Shown here: one piece after another, positions 27,792-36,876 of the stretch
Position numbering within the stretch: position 1 is the first letter of the stretch
How the letters are laid out: the number at the start of each line of letters is the position of its first letter
IMG/VR virus record: IMGVR_UViG_3300036715_002448
Location: 1 to 64,000 of that record
From: an uncultured virus (IMG/VR IMGVR_UViG_3300036715_002448)
Taxonomy: Duplodnaviria > Heunggongvirae > Uroviricota > Caudoviricetes
DNA: 64,000 bases
Direction: 5' to 3' (one strand)
Notes under the pieces: generated by a model
Databases searched by the model: none
Seen by the model: the letters and a program-made list of their open reading frames with translations, nothing else
Told to the model about the DNA's origin: nothing
Made by a program: the position numbers and the translations under genes

Positions 27792-28337
27792 TCAATCAAC
27801 TGTGGGTTTAACTTCTTCTGTTAATTTTGCTTCATTTCCTGGAACTGGCATGTTAGCTAATTCTTCTACAGAAATTCCATTTTCAGCAGCCATTAATTCA
27901 AGTGATAAATCACGTAAAATTTGACGGTCATTATTTAATTCTTGCATTGGTTTTGCAAATTCATCTGCAACAACTTTGAACAATTTAGCATTTTCAAATC
28001 CTGTTCCTTCATATGTTTTAATGAAGTGAAAAATTGCTTCGATAAATTGACTAGATAATTTACCATTTATCGTTCCTGTTTTTGAATTAGATATTTTAGA
28101 AAGTGCATCATAAATTTGGTCAACCGCGTAGCATTCATAACCTTTCCATTTAACGGTGGTTAAGAAATTGTCATACATAAAACGAGTTTCTTTTTTATCT
28201 AATTTAATGGCATATTCCTTATCATTTAATACCGATTGAAATGCATCAAATTTTTGTCGAGCTTCATCGATTTTTAATTTATTAACTTGTTCTACTACAT
28301 CTTTAGTGTCTTTTTTCTTTCCTTTTACTACTCGCAT
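27792..28337 (-). CDS. Hypothetical protein
   Basis: 181-aa ORF. Confidence 0.6.
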   Translation of the reverse strand: MRVVKGKKKDTKDVVEQVNKLKIDEARQKFDAFQSVLNDKEYAIKLDKKETRFMYDNFLTTVKWKGYECYAVDQIYDALSKISNSKTGTINGKLSSQFIEAIFHFIKTYEGTGFENAKLFKVVADEFAKPMQELNNDRQILRDLSLELMAAENGISVEELANMPVPGNEAKLTEEVKPTVD

Positions 28338-28366
28338 AATTAATTTTTTTATAAGTTTGTTTATTT

Positions 28367-29125
28367 TTATATGTTGATATTTAGTTTTTGTTTCAATTTT
28401 TGATATTCTTTAATGAATTTTTGGTACTGTCCATTTGTGAATTCTAGTTTCTCATCATTACTTAATGTATCTGCTGTTTTTCCTATATTTTTATCATGGT
28501 GATTAACAACTGAATTAGAAACTAAAACATGGTCAATTTTTCTTAATTTTAATTCTTCTGCTAATATGTTATCTGAATACCAAAATTTAACTCCTTCATT
28601 TAGCATACCAATAGTTTCATAGAGACTTCTTTGTTGGAAAATACACCATCCACAAAATTCATTTCTAACTTCATATCCTAAATAAACATTATTTTCATGT
28701 CCTTTGTTGGAACCATGCACAGCCGGACACCAAGGACTAGCTGATTTGATGTTTGGATACTCTTCCATAACTTTTATAATATTAGAAGCCCAATCCTTTT
28801 CATAAGTTAAGTCAGAATTACATAATGCGACATAAGGAGAGTTTCCTTCTTTAATACCTAAATTCAAATATGCATTATAATTAAATGGTATTGTTGGATA
28901 AATTGTTTTACAAGAATGCATCCATTTTTTTTCATTGTATTCATCATAATCTATATTTAGATTTGATTCTACTATAATAGCATGGTATGCTACATCACCA
29001 TTATCAGACTCAAAAAGCGAGTCTAATCCTTTTTTAGTCGTTTTATAAAGTTCTGTATTGCTAGCATACGAAACTATTATTACATCTACATTTTTCATAT
29101 TATTATTTTTTATTGTATATTGCAA
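28367..29125 (-). CDS. GT2 glycosyltransferase (start probably at MKNVDVIIV)
   Basis: VDVIIVSY, FNYNAYLNLG, LCNSDL, FWYSDN. Confidence 0.8.
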   Translation of the reverse strand: MQYTIKNNNMKNVDVIIVSYASNTELYKTTKKGLDSLFESDNGDVAYHAIIVESNLNIDYDEYNEKKWMHSCKTIYPTIPFNYNAYLNLGIKEGNSPYVALCNSDLTYEKDWASNIIKVMEEYPNIKSASPWCPAVHGSNKGHENNVYLGYEVRNEFCGWCIFQQRSLYETIGMLNEGVKFWYSDNILAEELKLRKIDHVLVSNSVVNHHDKNIGKTADTLSNDEKLEFTNGQYQKFIKEYQKLKQKLNINI

Positions 29126-29158
29126 GAGAAGTCCATCCTCCTTTTCCTATATTATGTG

Positions 29159-29950
29159 TTATTGCAATAAATTTATATTTTTAGGTAAGTATGTATTTAT
29201 TGCAATTGGAATAATCTCAAGGTCTAATCCTTCTCTTTTGAATAAGTCTCTATTGTTTTTTATAGCATCTTCTATATTTTCTTTTGAAGTAAATTCAGCA
29301 GTATTAAATTCTTGATGCGCAAAATTTTTGATTTTATTTGCTATAAGTTCAGTTGAACCAAAATAAGAAAAATGCCAACCTCCATTTTTAATAGAATAAC
29401 AGGAACAAAATCTTATTTGTTCAGGATCACCGACTTGTAACAATTTAACATACGTACATACTTTTGGATGATACCATTTATATTTAAACCTACTTTCTAC
29501 ATTATAATAATAAAAGTCTTGTTCTAATGCAAGTACGCCATTAAAGAAATTATTTTTTAAATACAATAAAGTATTTGGGTCAGGTATTTCATCACAATCA
29601 GTTATCGTTACAATATCAAACGGATTCATTTTTATTTTAGAAAATGCCCGCATTATAGCAATTCTCTGAAAACGTTCTCTTACCCAAGAATCATTTGTTA
29701 CAGGAAAGTCATCAACTATGATATGAATAATTTTATGTAAGTATTTTGAATATCTTTCTTTGTTATTTTCAAACCAAAGTTCTTTATCATTTCCTGAATG
29801 AGTTTTAGTAGCTTCAACTAATACAAAATAATCTACAACAGAATTTAATTCAGCTAATCTAAAATCTAACATGTCAAGCTCATTATAGAATGTAAATGCA
29901 TCTATGATTTTTGCAGTAACTTTTAAATTTGATAAATTATTTAATTCCAT
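29159..29950 (-). CDS. GT17-like glycosyltransferase
   Basis: FYNELDML..RL.EL..VVDYFVLVE, WVRERFQR, DCDEIP, GGWHFSYFG. Confidence 0.85.
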   Translation of the reverse strand: MELNNLSNLKVTAKIIDAFTFYNELDMLDFRLAELNSVVDYFVLVEATKTHSGNDKELWFENNKERYSKYLHKIIHIIVDDFPVTNDSWVRERFQRIAIMRAFSKIKMNPFDIVTITDCDEIPDPNTLLYLKNNFFNGVLALEQDFYYYNVESRFKYKWYHPKVCTYVKLLQVGDPEQIRFCSCYSIKNGGWHFSYFGSTELIANKIKNFAHQEFNTAEFTSKENIEDAIKNNRDLFKREGLDLEIIPIAINTYLPKNINLLQ

Positions 29951-29965
29951 AAATATATTTTTAAG

Positions 29966-29993
29966 ATTATATGAAAAAATACAAATAATGTTT
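29966..29993 (-). promoter_or_regulatory. AAAC-N16-CATATAAT promoter
   Basis: Exact motif upstream of the GT17 gene. Confidence 0.65.
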
Positions 29994-30263
29994 ATTCTCT
30001 TAAAAAATTATAAATAGACAAAACTTCCGGAATATAACAAATAGATCCTGCTTTTGATGCACATTCACTAGCAAATTTCCCATCTACTGTATATTGATTT
30101 AATTCCCATCTTATGTTTTTTTCATCAAGGATGATTTAATAACAAAATTATGAAAGTTTATATGGTTAATGGCAAAAAGTGTGCCTGTTAATATAGGACT
30201 TCCGTCCTTATTACTTTTAAATTTTTTAGATCTACTACAAGGAGTTATTATATTTAAGAACAT
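29992..30263 (-). pseudogene. Internally deleted, frameshifted glycosyltransferase remnant
   Basis: MFLNIITPCSR start; other frame gives NIRWELNQYTVDGKFASEC...IPEVLSIYNFLRE*; catalytic middle missing. Confidence 0.55.
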
Positions 30264-30265
30264 AA

Positions 30266-30910
30266 TTAATTTATTCCTTCTTCAGGCAATCCTGGTACAT
30301 GCATTACAATATATGTATAATCTTCTGAATTTGCTTTTTTTATTTTGCCTCTATAGTTAATTATTCTTTGTATAAATCGCCAATCATGTCCATAATAATA
30401 GTCATGTTTAAATCTTCTGACAAAGTCTGTTTTAACTATTATTTCTGAATGTCCTATATAGCCTTCTTTTAATTCTGTATTTCTAATTACATTAGATGGA
30501 TTTATTATTGTATTAAAATATACCATATCAAAATCAGTTCCTTCAATTTCACTTAAATAGTGTTCAAAATGATTAAGTAAAATTATATCATCATTGCCAC
30601 AAAAAATTAAATACTTTCCTTTTGCAAAATCTAATGCCTTATTAATAATATAAGCGCCATAACCACCGTGGTGCTTTTTTAAATTGTAAATATGTAATAT
30701 GTTACCTGTTTCTTTTGCAATCGTTTGATATTTTTTAGCATCGCCAGAATCAATAATTTTTTGAAAGTCAGAACATCCATCTCCTATTATAAAAGCTTCC
30801 CAATTATTTATTGTTTGTGCTAATATATTTTCGATAGTTCTTCTTGTTCGTAGAGGACGTCCATAACACGGAACTACAATTGTTATTCTAGGCTGACTTA
30901 ATTTTTTCAT
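30266..30910 (-). CDS. GT2 glycosyltransferase
   Basis: TIVVPCYGR, IIGDG, AKGKYLIFCGNDD, GHDW. Confidence 0.8.
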   Translation of the reverse strand: MKKLSQPRITIVVPCYGRPLRTRRTIENILAQTINNWEAFIIGDGCSDFQKIIDSGDAKKYQTIAKETGNILHIYNLKKHHGGYGAYIINKALDFAKGKYLIFCGNDDIILLNHFEHYLSEIEGTDFDMVYFNTIINPSNVIRNTELKEGYIGHSEIIVKTDFVRRFKHDYYYGHDWRFIQRIINYRGKIKKANSEDYTYIVMHVPGLPEEGIN

Positions 30911-31610
30911 GATAGTTTTTAACTAATTCGTAAAATTCTTCAAAATTTTCCATTATTTGTTTTTTGTCCATTTCAAACATTTGAACGTCTCCAGTTTCAC
31001 AACTTATCCATATTTCATTGGATTCTGGAAAACTACCAAGTCTTTCAAACATTGCAACTGAATAAGCAGCAGTTTGCATTTTGTAATTTTTAATCCATTC
31101 TTCTTTTTTAGGCCTTTTACTTGATTTAAAGTCAATTATTTTTAATTTATTAGTTTTAGACTTAACTGCCAAGTCAAGCCTTCCAGCATAACCGCCTCCT
31201 TTAAGAGACCAAACAGGAACTTCTTGACAAACAATAGATCCAATTCTATCATAAAAGTCTGAATTACTTTTAAATTGCAAGAAAAGATTTTTCCCACATT
31301 CAATTTCTTCTTTTGTTAAATCTTTAGATAATTCTAATGCGGTTTGGAATGTTTGTTGTAGTGGATTTTCAACATGGCTTACAAAAGTATAAATAAGGTA
31401 CTGTTCGTGCAATGTATGCATAAAAGTACCTCTATTTGCTGAATACTTTGATATTTGTGCAGCTTTTTCTTTACCAACATCTTGTTCCCATTTAAGTAAA
31501 GAAGTTTTGTCAGTCATTGCACCTAATACCGTGGTAACACTGGGTAACATTAACCCAGAAGATTCATCAACCACGTAATACCTGCCATTATTTTTTGAAA
31601 CAGTTCTCAA
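30888..31610 (-). CDS. PD-(D/E)XK exonuclease (Cas4/RecB-like)
   Basis: PSVTTVL, RGTFMH, YAGRLD, IIDFKSS, YKMQTAAY. Confidence 0.85.
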   Translation of the reverse strand: MRTVSKNNGRYYVVDESSGLMLPSVTTVLGAMTDKTSLLKWEQDVGKEKAAQISKYSANRGTFMHTLHEQYLIYTFVSHVENPLQQTFQTALELSKDLTKEEIECGKNLFLQFKSNSDFYDRIGSIVCQEVPVWSLKGGGYAGRLDLAVKSKTNKLKIIDFKSSKRPKKEEWIKNYKMQTAAYSVAMFERLGSFPESNEIWISCETGDVQMFEMDKKQIMENFEEFYELVKNYHEKIKSA

Positions 31611-31613
31611 TTT

Positions 31614-32159
31614 TTAAAAAATAAAATCAAGGATAGATTTCCCTGAATAGTTAATAACTAACGTATTAATTGCCGTAAAAATACCTATGTACAATCCTAA
31701 ATTTCCTATCCATCCAATAAATTTCCAAAATGATAAAAATTCAGTTGGTGGCGATAATAATACCAAATAAGCAAAAGCGTCTTTGTCATTTATTCTTTCT
31801 ATTTCTGGATAAACAAATTCATTTAATTGACATTGCATTAATACAATGTCTAATTCACGCAATTGTTCTACCATCCATGCCCAAACCATTTTATGTTTAT
31901 CTTCTTCATAGAATTCCTCAGGAACATTTATAACAGTATAAAGTCTTCCGATCTTATCAGTTCTTATTTCATATTTGAACTGTGCTAAAATAGCTTTTGT
32001 TGATTCTTCTTTAAGAGCTTTTCTTACTATATTCCAAGTTCTTATGTCATCTATTACTTCAGCTGGCCAAGACCAAACATTAAATAGTTTCATTTTTTTT
32101 CTTGATTTTAATGATTTTAATAATTGCGTTGTTGTTCTGGGCGACAAAATTTTCAACAT
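31614..32159 (-). CDS. Hypothetical protein with C-terminal TM
   Basis: ORF track; hydrophobic C-terminus. Confidence 0.55.
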   Translation of the reverse strand: MLKILSPRTTTQLLKSLKSRKKMKLFNVWSWPAEVIDDIRTWNIVRKALKEESTKAILAQFKYEIRTDKIGRLYTVINVPEEFYEEDKHKMVWAWMVEQLRELDIVLMQCQLNEFVYPEIERINDKDAFAYLVLLSPPTEFLSFWKFIGWIGNLGLYIGIFTAINTLVINYSGKSILDFIF

Positions 32160-32761
32160 ACACTGCTTTCTAATTTTTCTTTTAATATTACTTTTGCACG
32201 AAAGATCCTATTTTTAATTGTTTGTAAAGGAAGATTATATTTTTCAGATATTTCTTCGTATTTTAGATTATTGTAATATCTATCTAATAATACTTCTTTG
32301 AATTTTTCAGGAAGTGCTTCAAGCAATTCATGCAATTTAATGATAACTTTTTCCTTTTCTTCAACTTCTTCGCCATCTACTAAATGATCTTTAAATTCAC
32401 CAAGTAAATCAAATTCTAGTTTAGATATTGAATTTTTGTTTTCATTGTCTTCTAATTCCGAAAAATGAATCATTGAGTCACGTTTTCTGTTTCTAAGTTC
32501 CATACAAGCGGAAGTGTAAGCAATTCTATAAACCCAGGTAGAAATATGCCATTCTGGGTTATATTGATATATTTTTTCATGAACGGTTGTAAATGTATTT
32601 GCGACTATAACGTCAACATCTGAAGGGTTTTTGATTATTTTGCTTACATATTTTAGCAAACCCGGCTTTAATCTATTGTAAAGTTCTGTAAAAGATTGGT
32701 CCGAACCTGTGTTTTTAAATTCTAATCCTAATTCCTGCAAATTTTTTTGTCCTAAACTCAT
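32153..32761 (-). CDS. ECF-like sigma-70 family sigma factor
   Basis: Region 2 (FTELYNR...ISTWVYRIA) and region 4 (LPEKFKEV...YEEISEKYNLPLQTIKNRIFRAK). Confidence 0.85.
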   Translation of the reverse strand: MSLGQKNLQELGLEFKNTGSDQSFTELYNRLKPGLLKYVSKIIKNPSDVDVIVANTFTTVHEKIYQYNPEWHISTWVYRIAYTSACMELRNRKRDSMIHFSELEDNENKNSISKLEFDLLGEFKDHLVDGEEVEEKEKVIIKLHELLEALPEKFKEVLLDRYYNNLKYEEISEKYNLPLQTIKNRIFRAKVILKEKLESSVC

Positions 32762-32858
32762 AAAGTTTTTATTTTAAAAGTGAATACTATTTTGTTATAT
32801 TTTATACAATATAATCAAAAAACTCGATACATGAAAATAATTATCGTTTATTTAACAA

Positions 32859-35600
32859 TTAAATTCCTTTTGCATATACAATTCTATTATCTCCAATTGC
32901 AATTTGCATACCTGATGTCCTTAAAGCTTCTATTAATGCTTTTGCAATATCTTGTGGAAGCTTGTCATTAATAGTATTGTTAACAATTGGCTCAATTTTT
33001 CCTTTTATAGGAGTTAAGGTTTTATCAGATTGTATAGTTGTATTAAGCGGCGTTATTGTTGGTTTAACTGTACTTGGTTCTGATGTATTTCCAACACTAT
33101 TTCCAACATTTTTTCTTAAAACTTCCATAAGAATTCTTTGCATTTCTTCGGTCATTTTACTAAATGCACTTTCTATAGATTCTTTGATTGCACCGGAAAT
33201 TGCTTCAGGATTTTTAGAAAGAACAACAAGAGATTTCATCATAGAATCAGTTAATGTCAAGTTTTTAACGTCAATATCATTTATATTGTTTTTAATTTGT
33301 CCCATTGAATTTGCAATACGTTCAAAATTATTAGCAACGGTATTCAGTTGGTTAAACTTCTTAGTATCGTCATATTGCATCATCATATTCAATGCTCCTT
33401 GTAGTATTTGAGTATCTCTAAAGAACCAATTAGCATCTTTGAATTTTTTCAATCCAGTTGCAAATACTACTAAAGAGTCTCCGATAGATGCTATCATAGG
33501 TGCAAATGAATCAGCTTTAACAGTTCCAACTGAGTCATTTATAGCACTTTGTACACCATTTATCGCTCCTAATAAAGCCGCGTTATCTTTTGATCCATCC
33601 CATTTAACCGACTTAAATTTTAACAAAGCTTCGGAAAATAACCAAATAGCTGCCCCAGAAACAAATAATCCACCTGCACCTACCAGAGCTAAAATAGTTT
33701 GTAAAATTCCCATTGCTGGATTAACTTTAATATTTACAGAACCGCCTGCTAAAGTATTAGTAGTCATTGCAATAGCATTACCTAATGTGGCATTTAAAGT
33801 TGGATTCCAACCTACTGATTTAAATTTTATTAATGCTTCTGACATTAACCATATAGCAGCCGAACCAATTATAATAGAACCAGCGCTAAATAATGATATA
33901 ATAGTTCCCAACATAGATTGTCCTACAGTAGGTTGTCCGGTTATTGATGTTTTTCCACTAATAGAATCTATGACAGAAGTAATTACACCACTTAAAGTAA
34001 CGGAATCTGCAGGTGTCCAATTAACTGTTTTAAACTTTTCTAAAGCAGTTGACATTAACCATATAGCAGCCGAACCTAAAATGAGAGGTCCTATTGAAAT
34101 TAATGACATTATAGCTTGCAATCCTTGTCCAACTGCTCCAGCTACATTACCCATTATTCCTTTATTTGCACTAGTTCCACTTAATGCAAAAAGTACAGAT
34201 TTTATTGTATATTGTAAATCATTTGAATTCTTTTGTGTCCAATTTAAAGATTGGAATTTCTCTAATGTATAAGACATAATTAAAATAGCTACTGCGCTAA
34301 GTCCTAAAGCTATTGCACCAGGTATAATTAATTCAGATGCTACTCCAGCAAGAGTCATAACAAGACCCACACCAGACATAAGTCCTAATACTAAAGCCGT
34401 ATCTACTAAAGTTATGTCCATTTTTTTAAAAACGAACATCGCTAATGCCATTAAAATTATAGGAACACTTGATAACATCATCATAAATGCTCCTTTTTCT
34501 ATTTCCGATGCAAATTTACCGGCAATTGCAAATACTAAAGCAGTTCCACCAATAACTAGCAATGAAAATAATGCCATTCCTGGATCTACAATTGTATTAA
34601 ATACCCAGAACGCACCCGCTAAAACTATTATAGAAATACCAATCCATGCTAAGTTTTTAATACCGCTATCAACCGGCTTAGTACTTATTAATGAAAAAGC
34701 AAACGCTAATCCAACAATAATCATAACTGTTAAAAGAGCTCCAATTGTCATTTGCGGTGCTATTAATGTTATGGCTGCTAATCCTAATCCAAATAATAAA
34801 ATTCCTGCACCTATTTTAACAATAACAGAAAGACCTTTCAAACTTTTCTTATTATCTTTTGATAAAAATACATCCAACATTTTTACAATTAGAACAAAAG
34901 CACCAGCGCCTAAAGCAGCAGGTATAGAAACTAATGCGAATCCAGCTAAAGCTAATCCGAATAAGAAAATATCCTTACCCATATCAACTAAAGTTTTTAC
35001 ATTTTTTAAGTTTTTACCTTTTATATTACCTAACGAATTTATTATGTAATCCACGGTTTTTATAAAAACCTTTGTTCCTAAATTTATTAAAGGTGATAAA
35101 ACCTTAAACATTACAATTGATTTTGCAAAAAGAAGTATATTTCCACCAATAGACAACAGTTCTCCTATAGCTTTTATAGATTCTGTAGATTTTTTCGCAG
35201 CATTACCACCAATATTCTTTAATCCATCACCTATAGCTTTAAATAATGCCCTAACAGTAGCGGCAATTCCTGGTTTAATACTATTTGATGCTTTAACAAT
35301 CATTAAGTAAGCAGACCCAAACTGTTTAAAACTTTCACTATCACTTTTAGCCATTTTAGGTTCTGCTACAGCAGCATAATTTTTACCTTTGATAGTAATA
35401 GCTTTTTTAATTTCGGTTAAAATTTTAGTTTGGTTTTTTAATTCTATAGTAGTTTCGCTCTTAAGTATGTTTTTCATTGAACTTAAAATCGCAAAATTCG
35501 TATCGTTTGTTTCGACGATAGAATCAACCATCGCATCAATTTTTCTAAATATTGATGCGATGGCAGCTTGTGCTGAATTATCTTGTCTTGCTTGTGGCAT
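32859..35600 (-). CDS. Tape measure-like protein with hydrophobic repeats
   Basis: 913 aa, A/G/I/L-rich; repeats of about 70 aa (AAIWLMS.AL.KFK.V.W); follows gp26/gp51-like pair. Confidence 0.65.
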   Translation of the reverse strand: MPQARQDNSAQAAIASIFRKIDAMVDSIVETNDTNFAILSSMKNILKSETTIELKNQTKILTEIKKAITIKGKNYAAVAEPKMAKSDSESFKQFGSAYLMIVKASNSIKPGIAATVRALFKAIGDGLKNIGGNAAKKSTESIKAIGELLSIGGNILLFAKSIVMFKVLSPLINLGTKVFIKTVDYIINSLGNIKGKNLKNVKTLVDMGKDIFLFGLALAGFALVSIPAALGAGAFVLIVKMLDVFLSKDNKKSLKGLSVIVKIGAGILLFGLGLAAITLIAPQMTIGALLTVMIIVGLAFAFSLISTKPVDSGIKNLAWIGISIIVLAGAFWVFNTIVDPGMALFSLLVIGGTALVFAIAGKFASEIEKGAFMMMLSSVPIILMALAMFVFKKMDITLVDTALVLGLMSGVGLVMTLAGVASELIIPGAIALGLSAVAILIMSYTLEKFQSLNWTQKNSNDLQYTIKSVLFALSGTSANKGIMGNVAGAVGQGLQAIMSLISIGPLILGSAAIWLMSTALEKFKTVNWTPADSVTLSGVITSVIDSISGKTSITGQPTVGQSMLGTIISLFSAGSIIIGSAAIWLMSEALIKFKSVGWNPTLNATLGNAIAMTTNTLAGGSVNIKVNPAMGILQTILALVGAGGLFVSGAAIWLFSEALLKFKSVKWDGSKDNAALLGAINGVQSAINDSVGTVKADSFAPMIASIGDSLVVFATGLKKFKDANWFFRDTQILQGALNMMMQYDDTKKFNQLNTVANNFERIANSMGQIKNNINDIDVKNLTLTDSMMKSLVVLSKNPEAISGAIKESIESAFSKMTEEMQRILMEVLRKNVGNSVGNTSEPSTVKPTITPLNTTIQSDKTLTPIKGKIEPIVNNTINDKLPQDIAKALIEALRTSGMQIAIGDNRIVYAKGI

Positions 35601-35611
35601 TCATAATTTAA

Positions 35612-35914
35612 TTATTTTAACTTCATTCCTGAAGGCATTGAAGGAAATTTAAAGTTATTCATTTTTGGCATATATTTTTCTACACCTTTCATCATACCAT
35701 CAGGTGTCATATTGTTACTTCCACTCTTGCCATTTTCTGCATCAGCTTTTTCTTTAAGGATGTCTATTAAATCTTCAACCATGTATTCGTATTCATAATA
35801 AGGCAAACATTCTATTTCAGAAGGTTGTGTGTGAAAATGAAATTGAATATATGCCCTAGTTTTATAGTAATTCCGAATCGATATCTGAAACAACGAAAAG
35901 AGATTTGATGCCAC
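35612..35914 (-). CDS. gp51-like baseplate hub/tail assembly protein; likely frameshift extension of upstream ORF
   Basis: NYYKT...SEIECLPYYEYEYMVEDL; GTG start, 53-nt overlap. Confidence 0.55.
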   Translation of the reverse strand: MASNLFSLFQISIRNYYKTRAYIQFHFHTQPSEIECLPYYEYEYMVEDLIDILKEKADAENGKSGSNNMTPDGMMKGVEKYMPKMNNFKFPSMPSGMKLK

Positions 35915-36836
35915 TGGGAAAGGAAATCGGAACGGTCACCTCCGCTTGACACTTTTCACATTCAACTGTCAGATTTTCTTTTACTCCAACTTTACACATG
36001 TCTATTAATGAATTCATTGTTTGGAATAACTTTAAATCCCATGACATGTATTCTATTTGCATGTTTGATATAATTTTTTCGTTCAATCCTCGCCAATCTT
36101 TTAACATATAAGGCAAAGTTTTCAAAAATGATTTATCAAGTTTTTTACCTTCTTGTTGTTGTTTTTGAATCCATTTAGTAACTTCCATCATAATACCGAC
36201 GGATGGTGGTGCTATTACAATATTACCATTTGATTTTGTTTGAACAATAAATTTCCTAGAATCTTCATCATAGTACTTCATTATTTTATCACTTGGTTCA
36301 TTAGACTCAAATGATGTACTTCTAACTTCTACTTTACCTGAAGTTCCGCATTCATTGCAAGTATAATTTATAACCAAATCATTTTCTCCTTTAAGAAAAG
36401 TAAGCTCACGAACTGCCATTATAACGTAAATTCTATCTTCTTCTTTTAAATCTTTAAAACTACGCATAGATGAACCTTCGCGATATGTTAAACAAGATTT
36501 AAGAACTTGGTTTAATGCTTCGTCAATTGAATAAGGATCATCTTCGCTAATTGTAGAAAATTGTTTAATTTCCGTAACAGTTGCTGCTCTAATTAAAAAT
36601 CTCGCATCTTTACCATAAAAAATTCCTTTAGTCGGAAAGTTTTGTGCGTAAATTTCTATGTAACCTGGTAAAAAACTTGGTTCATCAAGATCTTCTTCAA
36701 ATCCTTTTGCTTTACCTAAAGAACTAGGTTTAGTAATAGGTTGTTCTTCTATTTGTGTACTAGAAATAGAACCATTGTTAAATTCCCTTTGGTCAAGATC
36801 ATCTAAACCTGGATTTTTGTGTGTTTTGTTATTCAT
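35862..36836 (-). CDS. gp26-like baseplate hub/tail assembly chaperone
   Basis: FPTKG..Y, IRAATVTE, DRIYVIMAVRELT, two CxxC; late promoter at 36862-36875. Confidence 0.6.
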   Translation of the reverse strand: MNNKTHKNPGLDDLDQREFNNGSISSTQIEEQPITKPSSLGKAKGFEEDLDEPSFLPGYIEIYAQNFPTKGIFYGKDARFLIRAATVTEIKQFSTISEDDPYSIDEALNQVLKSCLTYREGSSMRSFKDLKEEDRIYVIMAVRELTFLKGENDLVINYTCNECGTSGKVEVRSTSFESNEPSDKIMKYYDEDSRKFIVQTKSNGNIVIAPPSVGIMMEVTKWIQKQQQEGKKLDKSFLKTLPYMLKDWRGLNEKIISNMQIEYMSWDLKLFQTMNSLIDMCKVGVKENLTVECEKCQAEVTVPISFPSGIKSLFVVSDIDSELL

Positions 36837-36876
36837 AAAAAATAAGGTATTTGTTATTTTATTTATTTATATATCA

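Noticed and set aside
30888-31610. Cas4 / CRISPR adaptation module
   Set aside because: Stand-alone phage PD-(D/E)XK exonuclease; no four-Cys cluster pattern, cas1/cas2 or array
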